From Vicugna vicugna (lineage: Eukaryota): a stretch of 54,723 bases of DNA. Each line of letters starts with the position of its first letter. Positions within the stretch are counted from its first letter, which is position 1. The notes below the pieces were generated by a model. That model was not told the origin of the DNA, made no database searches, and was given only the letters and a program-made list of their open reading frames with translations. Positions 43,419-54,723 of this stretch are shown piece by piece. The position numbers and the translations under genes were made by a program. The stretch spans positions 6,345,149 to 6,399,871 of the forward strand of contig MU058213.1 in the NCBI GenBank assembly GCA_013265495.1. Direction: 5' to 3'.

Positions 43419-44130
43419 GCAGTGCTGTGAGAGTGAGTAACAGAGGCCTGCGGGGGGGGCCTTCTTGAGGAGGCCACGTTCGGAGTGAATGGCGTTCAGT
43501 GGATGAAGAGCGAGATGAGAACACGGGAGATGGAGTAGCCTGGCGTGGGAGGAGCGTGACAGGCAGGGAACCGCAAGGTGGCCCGAGCAGAGTGTGAGGG
43601 TGGGGAGCGAGGCCGGAGTGGAGGCAGGCCGGCGTGCAGGGCCTCACGTGTGGACCACGTTCAGGACTCTGTATCTCTTTCTTTAGAGCAGAAGCGCCAT
43701 TGGAGACTGTCAGGCAGGCAGAGTGATACAGTCAGATTTATGTGTCATTTTTAAAATGGCCTTGATTGCAGCTGGGAGAGGGATCACAAAGGGCTGTGGC
43801 AGAGACGGGGACATGAGCTGGGGGCCTTGTCGCAGCCGTGTCGGTGAGAGAGGTCTGCACTGGGGGGTGCTGAGCTGTCTGGTTAGGACACTAATTAATT
43901 AATGTGTTGTCCTTTCCCTTTGTGTCACAGTGGTGTTTTAAACTGTACTTGCCCACCGTGAAACTCACCTGCTGCTCTTCTGCTCAATCGCAAAACTATA
44001 CACTTTTTCCTGTCGTGACTCTTCCTGAGCTTGGCATTTTCCTGCCAGAGCAGAGCCAAAGCAACCGTATATGACTCTATATGTATGTGTGTGTCTGCAT
44101 GTATTTGACTTAATATGTATTTTTAAAATG

Positions 44131-44275
44131 TTATTTATTTGGGGGGGGCAGTTAGGTTTATTTATTTATTTATTTACTTACTTATTTATTTATTTTTAAT
44201 GGCGGTACTGGGGATTGAACCTAGGGCCTCATGCTTGCTAAGCATGTGCTCTACCACTGAGCTATACCCTCCTCC
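44131..44275 (-). mobile_element. Camelid-type tRNA-derived SINE
   Basis: (TTTA)n tail then gtactggggattgaacctagg...ctaccactgagctataccct. Confidence 0.9.
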
Positions 44276-44279
44276 ATAT

Positions 44280-44578
44280 TTTTTTTTTAATTGAAATACA
44301 GTCAATTACAATGTGTCCATTTCTGGTGTACAGCACAATGTCCCAGTCATGCGTATACATCCATGTATTCGTTTTCACATTTTTTTCCGACAAAGTTTAT
44401 TACAAGATACTGAACAGAGTTCCCTGTGCTATACAGAAGAAACTTTTTTATTTTTATATATAGTAGCTAGCATTTGTATATCTCAAACTCCTAAATGTAT
44501 CCCTTCCCGCCCCCTTTCCCTCATAACCATAATATTGTTTACTATGTCTGCAAGTCTGTTTCTGTTTTGCAGATGAGT
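44280..44578 (-). mobile_element. L1 3' end fragment
   Basis: Homologous to 25462-25715 and 31663-32134. Confidence 0.85.
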
Positions 44579-45689
44579 TATGTTTTTTAAAGATAACTTC
44601 AATATGGAACTTTGTTAGAGATTTGTGGAAATTTTAAATTAATCATTCTCCTGGTTCTTATATCTCACTGTCTCCCTGTTTAATGCCATTTCAGGGTTTG
44701 TGGCTGATTTAAGAGGAATTCTCTTATAAAAACCATGTTCTCTTTCCTCTGATTATCTGTATTTATATCATTATTGAGTTGTGTCACCATTTCTCATAGC
44801 TCCTACAAGCTTGCCAAGTACAGAAAGTCCTCTCCTATCCCCTTCCTTTCATCACACAGGAAGAAAATCAACACCTTAGTATTTTTTTTTCCTTCTGTGA
44901 ATAATTTCCTTAGGAGATAGTACTAGTCACCAGGCATGAACATCTTTATTTTATTTCCTACAATGTAAAACTCTAGAAGTCCAGACACAGCAGCTGTTCA
45001 CAGAGGAAATGGGACCAAGCCTGGTGCCTGTGTGAGGTACAAGGACAGACTGGAGACCCAGTAGGTGAGGCCCTGGTTAGATGAACTAGGAAAAAACCAT
45101 TCCACAAAGAGATCATAAGGAGACTTACCTGTCTCTGTCTTGATTCTGGGTAGGGGCAAAAGATACTCTGAAAATTCAGGACCACAACACAACCTTTATA
45201 TGGATTTAGAGTTAGAATTCACATTACTCAAGCACCTTGAAGAAAACCACAGTAGATAATTTGTCTTCGAATGATCTTGGTTTGATAATGGTCTGAGATG
45301 CCTGGCAGAAGCCAAAGTAAATACGTAGTCTTTACATCTTCCCAGAGACAGATGAAGTTCTAAGGAACATGAATGTACCATCAAAAACTGAAGAACGACA
45401 CAAGGAAAGACACAAATATAATAGAATGAGAAGAAGCAACAGTAAACAGAATCAGACTTCTAAATACTGCATATATAGGGATTACTGGATAAAATAAGTA
45501 TTCGTGTGTGTGTATGTATGTGTGAGTAGTCACACATACATTTTGAAAGTATGACTAAGGAATAGAGCATATTAAAAATGATCTGTTGGAATTGACAAAT
45601 AAACAAATAGAGCTTCTACAAAATATAATAATGTAAAATAAAAGCTGTAACCTCTTGGGGGGCCCAAACAGTGACCCCAGGCAGCCTTG

Positions 45690-46050
45690 GAGCCCAGCCT
45701 ACGGGCCCACCCGATTGTTGAGCAGAGCCTTCTGCTTTGCCCAAGCTGGGAACCCATCCAACAACTCCTCCCAAAAGCAGAACATACCCTGCGACCTGAC
45801 CTGACTAAGGAGCCCAGACAGGCACCCCAACTGACCACAGAGCACAGCCTGCAGCTCCACCCAGCTGCAGGGTACAGCTGGTGGCCCTGCCTGACCGGGG
45901 ATCCTGGCCAGCAACCTTACTCAACAGTCAGCACACTCAGCAGCCTGCCCAGCCATGGAGCATAGCCTGAGCACCCCCCCTGCCCACAGAATCCAGCCAG
46001 CAGCACCGCCCTGCCAGGGAGCACAGCATCCCCACCTGGCCAGAGGTAAT
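45690..46050 (+). repeat. Degenerate ~30-bp tandem array (probably an old L1 5' region)
   Basis: Units such as agcccagcctacgggcccacccgattgttg and agcacagcctgcagctccacccagctgcag recur every 30 nt. Confidence 0.65.
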
Positions 46051-46145
46051 TACAGAGCCTAGTTAGTGGCTCCAGTTGATGCCCAGCCAGCATCCCTGCT
46101 TGAATGGGGAGCCATACGACAGAGCATGGGCAGCAGCCCTGCCCA

Positions 46146-47750
46146 ACTGGAGACCTAACAGACATACACAGAACACGCCACGCAACAGCAGCAAAATACA
46201 CATTCCTCTTAAGTGCACACAGAATGTTCTCAGGTTAGATCATATGTTAGGCCACAAAACAAGTCTTAACAAATTAAAGAGGTTGAACTCATATTAAGTA
46301 CCTTTTCAAGTCAAAATGGTATAAAACTAAAAATTAACGATAGGAGAAAATTAGGAAAATTCACAGATACATGGAAATTAAACAACACACTCCTGAACAT
46401 GCAATGGGTGAGAAGAGATAAAAAGGGAAATTTTAAAACCCTTGAAACAAATGAAAATGGAAACACAACATACCAAAACTTACGGGATGCTTGCTGCAAA
46501 AGCAGTTCTATGAGGAAAGTTGACAGTGATAAACACTTATATTAAGAAAAAAGAAAGATGTGGACTAAACAACCTAACTTTGTACTCAAGAAATTAGAAA
46601 AAGAACTAAGCCCAAAAAATAGCAGGAAGAAGGTAAATAATAAAGATTAGCCCAGAAATCAATTAAATAGAGAATAGAAACAATTGGGGAAAAAATCAAC
46701 AAAACTATCTGATAAATTTAAATAGACAAAACTTTAGCTACACTGACCAAGACAAAAAGGAGGCAAATAAATAAAATTATAAATGATTGAAGAGGTGCCC
46801 CAACTGACACCGCAGGAATACAGAGGATCGTGAGAGGCTGCTATGAGTAATTGTATGCCAACAAATTGGATAACTTAGAAGAAATGGATACATTCCTGGA
46901 AACAACCTGCTAAGACTGAATCATGAAGACATAGGAAATCTGAACACACCAATAATGAGTAAGGAGATTGAATCAGTGATCAAAAACCAGGACCAAGTGG
47001 CTTCACGGGTGAATTCTAACAGGCATTTAAAGAATTAATGCCAGTCATTCTCAAATTCTTCCAAAAGGTTGAAGGGAAAGGAACACTTCCAAACTCATTT
47101 CATAAGTGCAGCATCACCCTGATACCAAAGCCAGATACAGACACTACAAGAAAATTACTGGCCAGTATCTCTGAGAACATAGATGTAAGAATCTCCACAG
47201 AATGCTAGCAAACCAAATTCAACAGCACATTGAAAGGGTCATACAAACCAAATGGGATTTATCCCTGGGATGCAGGCGTGGGTCAGTGGACACAAATCAA
47301 TCAATGTGATGCATCACATTAACAGAATGAAGGATAAAAATCACGTGATCATCTCAGTAGATTTGGAAGAAAGCATTTGACAAAATTCAACGTTATAGTA
47401 GAAGTCTTAGCAGTTTGAGTATAAAAGGGCTGTACCCCAACATAATAAAGGCCATATATGACAAGCCCATGGCTAGTATCACGCTCAGCGATGAAATTCT
47501 GAAAGCTTTTCCTCTAAGATCAGAAACAAGGCAAGGATGCCCACTCTCACCACTGCTGTTCAACATCGTGCTGGAAGTCCTAGCCAGAGCAATGAGACAA
47601 AACGAAAAAGAAAAGAAAAAAAATAAAAAGTCTTCCAAACCAGAAAAAAAAGAGGTAGTTATCCCTGTTTGCAGATGGTACACTCTTACATAGAGAAAAC
47701 CCTACAGGCTCCACCAAAAAAACTGTTAGAATAAATGAATTCAGTAAAGC
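46146..47750 (+). mobile_element. Decayed L1 ORF2 (end of endonuclease through reverse transcriptase)
   Basis: ORF 47415-47693 [13 protein letters not shown]...[27 protein letters not shown] is the L1 RT motif; many stops and frameshifts. Confidence 0.93.
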
Positions 47751-48668
47751 TGCTGCGCTGCGTGGTCAGTCTCCCTGGTCAGGTGGGGCTGCGGGCGGAG
47801 TTCAGCAGTTGGGCGGGGCTGCTGGCTTGGCCTCCCGTCCAGGTAAAGCTGAGAAGCCTTGTTTTTGACGATCTGACCAGGAAGTTTACGTATCACTTCT
47901 CCATGTGTTCCGTTGCCCGACTTAGTTATATGGCCACACCGAGCTGCCAGAGAGGCTGGGAAAGGTAGTCTTGGCTAGGCAGCCGTGGACCCAGTTCACA
48001 TTTGAAGGTTTCTTAATAGGGAAGAAGAGGAGAGCAGATAGTGCAGGTAATTAGGGACGTCTACCACAGTGCGTGTTCGTTTTATTTTAAGCCATATATA
48101 TTCTTTTGTACCTTTATTATGTTTCACAATAAAAATACTTTAAAAGGGCAGCAAGCATGGGATGTTATTTTAAGGTATTTAGGAAGGGAGAGGACTATAG
48201 GAATGGAAGATTGGGTTGCGGTTTTTTTCCTCTTAATTTTCTCTTTGATTTAAATTAAGAAATATCTGTGTGGGGCAAGAGCAGTTTGGAGAACATTAGA
48301 GAGAAAGGAAACCAGGCTCCTGTTCGGAGGAAAAGCCCAGGGCAGGAGGGGCGCCTGGAGGGGGAGTCAGGATGCTGTGTCCCCTAAGCCAGCAGCACTT
48401 GGACCCTCTGAACTGCAAAGATGAGCACCTGGCCTGGCTCTGCATCACCGTGTGACACCCCAGTGCCCACACATTGCTGTCTCTGCATGGGGAGGAAGTA
48501 TGACCAGGTGCTTTTCCCTTATAGTCTCCCTCCCTCTTCCCTTCCCAGTTTAGTGCTAAATGCAATTCTGAGAAATAGGTAAGCATATAATCCTGAGTGA
48601 GCTGAACTGAATGCTGACACACTTACGAGGGATTTGATAGAGACTGAAGTTATTTGATGTCGTTTTAA

Positions 48669-48860
<192 letters not shown>

Positions 48861-49774
48861 TAAAGTCCTTCGGTGGGACCTGCCGTGCTGGAATACTACG
48901 TAGTAAATTACCATTCATTTATTTCACACCTATGTTAAGCTGTTCAGTTGTTTCTTGCCTTAGAATCTATCTCCATGGTTCGTGTTGAGTCTTTGTGTTT
49001 GCTACATTTAGAGATGGAGCACTTTGACTGGTTTTGGTTAACAAAGGCTAAGTAGACAGTGTCAATACTTTGAGCTAAGAGGAGCCTAAGTCAAGACTAA
49101 AACTAACAATTAGAAACTTACATCTTAGTTTCTTTTAATTTCATGATCTGGTAAAAAGTGTTGACTGGATTTCTTCCTCCAGACCCCTCCTCACGCTATA
49201 ATGCCAGTGTGAGATGTCAAAATGTAACCTATAAACAGAATCCATCATTTTCTTCTTCACCTTTCTCTTCACCCCGCTCTCCCACAGAACTACTCAGAAA
49301 CCGTATCAAGAAAGCCTTGCATATATGCTTGAGACACAGATGTTTCTTGGTTTGGTATTCTAGCCTGACCATTGCCCTTTCCCTCCTGTTTTCTTGCACT
49401 GCTTCCTCCCCTGGGACTTTGATGGAGCATCAGTGACTGGTGCAGATTGCATCTCTGACTCTGCTCTCTCTCTCTCAGTGCCGAGCTGTTGAATTGCAGA
49501 CTCTGCACTGAACACAGCAAGAGAGTTTTGTCATGCTGTAGCCCACTTACAGCTTTGTGTTTGTAGTCCTGGCCTCTAAAGCTTGCCTAAGGCCCAAGAT
49601 GCCCATAAAAACCAAGCATGGTGACGAGGAAAGGAAAGAAAATATCCTATTTCAAATATTTGTGTCCCCACATTTTTTTAATCAGATCTACTGGTTGATT
49701 TACTTGGATTCATAATAATACATTGTAGACTTCTGGATCTCTGGATCACTATTGTTTCATGTAGATGGGTTTAA

Positions 49775-50240
49775 TAACTAACAGTGAACTCCAGGATAAT
49801 GGTGGCTTTAATATGGTAGAAGCTTACTAATCTTTCATATAAAAATAGTCTGGGTGTAGGGATTGCAGGGCTGTTGTGGCAGCTTGTCAGTCCTAAGTGG
49901 CCCATGATCTTTCTGGCGTAACTCTCTGCCAGACCTACAGTGACCCTTGTGCTCATAGTTCAAGATGGCTGCTAGAGCTCCAGCCATTACATCTGAATTC
50001 CAGGAACAGAAGGAAGAAAAAAGAGGCAAGGCTATGCCTCAGCTACTTTTTTAACTTTTCTGGGAAGCTGTGCATATGTTTGTACTTCCATCTCACTGGC
50101 CAGAACTTAATCATATGGCCACAGCCAACTCAGGAGACAATAGAAAAGGTAGTCTTTATCCTGGGTGACCTTATACCCAGCTGAACACTGGGGGTCTGTT
50201 ACGGAACAAGGGGAGGCTGGATGCTGGGGTGAGCAACAAG
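49775..50240 (-). mobile_element. Old MLT1 (J/K-like) LTR
   Basis: caagatggctgctagagctccagccattacatctgaattccagg...tggccagaacttaatcatatggccaca motifs. Confidence 0.6.
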
Positions 50241-50290
50241 CAACCTTTGCGATTCTGTTCCCTGCAGATTGTTGTTAAATGATACTATGA

Positions 50291-50611
<321 letters not shown>

Positions 50612-50714
50612 TAGTATCTCCTACAGCTGCCTGCGAGCCTGGCTGGTGAAATGCCCTGAGGTGATTTTCTAAGTGGCTGTGCTGTATTGAGCTAAAATGC
50701 TGTTTCAGGGAATA

Positions 50715-50920
50715 GCAGATACAGACTACTCTGTACAGGCTAGGTAAAGAGCAGAATCCTGCTGTGTCGCACAGAGAACTGTATTCAATAGCTTATAATA
50801 ACCTATAATGAAAAACAGTGTGAAAAAGGATACGTATACGTATGTGTAACTGACTCACTATGCTGTATACCAGAAACTAACACAACATTGTAAATCAACT
50901 AAACTTTAGTAAAAAAAAAA
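50715..50920 (+). mobile_element. L1 3' end fragment, sense orientation
   Basis: ...ctgtataccagaaactaacacaacattgtaaatcaact + poly-A; reverse complement of the antisense copies. Confidence 0.85.
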
Positions 50921-51395
50921 GTTTCAACTCCAAGTACACGAAAATGGATACACCTCGAGAGACAGGCAGACTGAACTAAAGTCGCTTAGCTTTCAACTGA
51001 TGTGCTTTCTCTTTAGTGCTATCTGCAGAGTCTTCTCTGGTCCTAGCCAAGGTCAGCACGTCTCGGGAATAAGCGCCTGTCTTTGAGGGGCCTCTGAAGG
51101 CTCATTTTTCACTGCTGGCTGTGTCCCACCGCCGCAATGAATGATTCTTCTCTACTCAGCAGTCCACGGGGCCCATTCATTCACACTTGTTTGAAAACAT
51201 CAGAGCTGATTTCAGGTTCTGAAGTGCTGTCAGATAAAGAAGGGATTGGATTTACACTCTGAGCCCAGGAATACAGAAATGGGACCAGTAACAGGAAGTT
51301 ACTTGAAGGCAGATTTTAACCCAGTATGAAGCAGAAGCATCAACAGTGAATGGTCTTAGAAAGACACTGGTGGTTTGTGAGCCCAAGAGCCCTTT

Positions 51396-51498
51396 TTTGG
51401 GGGGGGTGTAATTAGGTTTATTTGTTTATTTATTTTTAATGGAGGTACTGGTCGAGTATGTGCTCTACCACTTGAGCTGTAACCCCCTCACCCTGCCA
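51396..51498 (-). mobile_element. tRNA-derived SINE with internal B-box deletion
   Basis: ggaggtactgg joins directly to gtatgtgctctaccacttgagc; TSD AGCCCTTT on both sides. Confidence 0.75.
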
Positions 51499-52399
51499 AG
51501 CCCTTTACTGAAGTATTCAAGTGGAGTCTGGTTGATCGTGATTAGGAAAGAGAAGACAGTCTGGTAGTGTGGAAAGGAGGACTAAATGATCTCCTAACCC
51601 CTTTAAATTCTGTGATTCTGTGAATTTTCTTCATGGAAATGTTATATTTTGGCCACATGGAAACAAAAGTAGGTTGCTGTCCCAAGGATGATTTTGCTAT
51701 CCCAAAAACTATTTTATTTAAGGAGAAGCCTCAATTTTATTTATGAGTTGGAGAACTTGTGAAGATAAAAATGAATTTTCTTTCTCTGTCTTTTGTGCTA
51801 TTCAAATATGGTATTCGAATATTTCATCGATGGTTAACTTTGCATCATTTTCTGAGCAGATTTACTATCAGCTATACAGCTTCTTACTAAGATTGTTAAT
51901 ATTTAGTACCTAATAAGAAATACATATGAGCCTTTTAAAATTCAAAATATTTATAAAAATAATACACTTCTTAATGGAGAATTATAAAGCACAAAATGTT
52001 AAAAAAAAAAAACCTTCTATCACCCAGAGGTCATTTTTGTGTATATCTTTCTATACATATAGGATATATATATTATATATATATACACATATTATATATA
52101 TATAATGCTTTTTCAAATGAAAGCTCATGGAATACGTGCTGATCTATAACCTACCCTTTTATTTGATAGTATGGTGTATCTTTCCATTCAGTAAGAACAT
52201 TATTTTTATTTTTTAGAACATTATTTTTAATGAGTAATTTTTATACCTCTTTTTTCATGAACTGTTATATAAAGAAAATTTTCTGAGAGAAAATTCTAAA
52301 TTTACTAATGAAGATGAGGTCTTTTTGGCATTTATTTTAAAAACCAATAGGAATACAGAAAAATATGAAGTGACCTTTTGATGGGGAATTTTTCCTATT

Positions 52400-53200
52400 T
52401 TTAGCTTTTTATTTTGAAATAATTGCAAATTTAGAAAAACTGTAAGTCTAGTCCAAAAACCCTACATATGTTTCACTTAGAGTCACCAATTGTTAACATT
52501 TTGGAAATCTGCTTTGTGTGTGTGTATGTGTGGTGTTGTGTATGAATATAATTTTTTTCCTGAGTCATTTGGGAGTAAGTTGCAGAAGTCAGGATGCTTT
52601 TTCTTTTTTATTATTTCAATATATATACACTAAGAACAAGGACATTCTCTTAAAGAACTGTAGTACAAAGTAATACCGATGAAACATCTTTCAGTAATCA
52701 ATTTTCACATTTGACCATTGTTTCCTTCCCAGCAAACCTTCCTCAGTCCAGGTTCTAATCCAGAGTCACACATCGTATTTCGTTATCATGTTTCTTTATT
52801 TAGTCTCTTTGAGTCTCAATCAGTTCTGCAGTGATGCGGACATCATTAAAGAACACAGGCCAGCATTTTGTGGGATGTCCTACAGTCTGGTTCTGTTTTG
52901 CTTCCTCTTAATTAGATTCTGGTTGTGCATTTTGGACAGACGTGCCACAGAACTGATCTGTCCTTCCTGGGGTATCTTACCAGGGGGTATATGATGCTAG
53001 TTTTTCCCACAGTTGGTGAAGTTAGCTTTGATCTCTTGGTTAAAGATGTGTCTGTCAGATTTCTCCACTGTAATATGTCCTCTTTCCCTTTATATCTGTA
53101 GGGAGATACTATGAAACCATGTAACGCTCCTGTTTCCCATTAAACTTTTAATCCATTAGTGTTAGTGTCTATTGACAGCTTTTGCCCAAATCAACGATTA
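52400..53200 (-). mobile_element. Old L1 (L1MC/MD-like) 3' region
   Basis: ttttattttgaaataattgcaaattta...aacaaggacattctctta motifs, similar to 4655-5290. Confidence 0.6.
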
Positions 53201-53255
53201 CTACGTGCTACAGGATTTGATACAGCATTTTTTAAGAAAATATTAACTCTTGTGA

Positions 53256-53399
<144 letters not shown>

Positions 53400-54723
53400 A
53401 GGGACCTGGGACACGGACCTCAAAAGTGGTTGTGCCCGTGGGGCTGGAGCTGGATACCTCCTGTAGCCAGGCTGTCGCTGCATTCAGGATTGTTCCGTTC
53501 ATGGCGTGCATGTGCCAAGAAATGTGTTTTCGTGAGTCTCAATGTTTACCTTGAGTCTTGAAAACACTCTTTAAAAGTATTAAGTACAATTTTTACCACT
53601 TTATTCCACTTATCTAAATTCAATGGAATATCTTCCTTGCCCTGGGTTTTGAAAGGCTTTTGTCCCCTTCATTTTATGAATGAAAAGACTTGAAACAATT
53701 TTCCTTCAGTGCTTGATGCTCTAAGACTTTACTATTTTGAAAAATGTCATGGTGATTTTTTTACATTAAGAAACTAATGAGTTGTCACAGGGGCGTGTCG
53801 CTCCTCACCCTAAATTAAGAGAATGCCCTGATAGACTAGAATTCAACCTTTGAGTTGAGTCCATAGTTGGATTTTATTATTGTTGTCTGTGCATTTCTTA
53901 TATTGGTTATCTTCTTGTAAATCTGTCTTTTGTAGGGGGATGGGATTTAACATTTAGGGGGAAAAAAACCCCACCGTGTGTGCAGTGAAAATAGTTTAAA
54001 AGTTGATAACTGCCATGTAGATTACAAATTAAAATGGAAACTTAATACAGTTATCTAAATCACACAAGGCACAATATCTACATCGACCACCTAGCTGTAA
54101 CAGGTTTTAATATGAACAACTTTTTTCAACTATCCACAGCCTGTACAGTGACAGCCATATATTCAGTAATGGAATTGTGGTTAATAGCCTGTTTATTACA
54201 CTTTCAATTCATCATAATAGGATGTGAGAATTTTTCAGGCTTTCGGAGCTCCTCTCTAAATTTTTCCAAAATTGCTACAAAGTGCTAAGATTTATATACA
54301 CTTATTGTGACTGTATCCTTGTGCCTTGGTTTTACCAGTCAATGCACTGTACCCTGTAAAAGGTTTACAGACAAAATAGAAGGCATGATGACACATCAGA
54401 ATTATGATGTAAAAATCGGATCCTATGTATTTTTTAAATGTTCTAAGACTTTTATCACAGTTAAGGCATTAACCATTCACTATTATTAACGGAATAGAAA
54501 TTCATACTTTTGTATTGGCCAGGGACTCAGACTGATAACTGCATTTATAATAACGTCAAGAAACTGTCATTTTGAGCAACTTCGTAGATGATGGGATTGA
54601 AGATTGAGCGCTGCGTGTTCACCTATGTACGTAAAAACTGAGAGTGAGACACACCGTTCTAGACTGTGAGGGTGCCCAGGGAAAAAGAAAACAGGAATAC
54701 TTTGAAAATTTTAAAATAAAAAC
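53400..54723 (+). other. FAM81A: FAM81A 3' UTR
   Basis: AT-rich sequence with no obvious interspersed repeats after the stop codon, running to an AATAAA near the window end. Confidence 0.75.
54715..54720 (+). terminator. Candidate polyadenylation signal AATAAA
   Basis: Canonical hexamer about 1.3 kb after the stop; downstream element lies outside the window. Confidence 0.55.

Noticed and set aside
45690..46050. Regularly spaced 30-bp units as a CRISPR-like array or repeat-protein gene
   Set aside because: No conserved repeat/unique spacer alternation; mammalian intron context next to L1 ORF2; no splice signals supporting an exon.
46146..47750. Possible active reverse transcriptase behind the exon 2/3 event
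   Set aside because: This ORF2 is fragmented by many stops and frameshifts and looks far older than the 89-nt copy.

Overview
Mammalian genomic DNA, probably a camelid judging from the tRNA-derived Vic-1-like SINEs and artiodactyl-type L1 3' ends. It carries one complete plus-strand gene, FAM81A. The gene has a CpG-island promoter, a non-coding exon 1 (donor at 462/463), eight coding exons (18089-18108, 19150-19423, 31385-31503, 40685-40814, 42412-42518, 48704-48839, 50354-50549, 53275-53399; 1107 nt, 368 aa, all phases consistent) and a 3' UTR with AATAAA at 54715. Introns hold ordinary SINE, L1, MIR, LTR and DNA-transposon relics. The standout anomaly is at the end of exon 2. Instead of a GT donor, the genome runs straight into an 88/89-nt identical copy of the start of exon 3 (18109-18197 vs 19150-19238), so the spliced exon2-exon3 mRNA junction is written into the gene's own locus while the old intron and the true exon 3 remain. 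The only frame-preserving donor is a GC-type site (AAG|GCGAGT), and splicing would regenerate it. This may be an RNA/cDNA-templated partial intron-loss intermediate with recursive-splicing potential, or an assembly artefact. Secondary observations include stacked uORFs, tandem RFX X-boxes, a SINE that appears to have rebuilt the exon 4 branch point, inverted repeat pairs around exons, a CTCF site with upstream motif and a 30-bp array in a rearranged L1.
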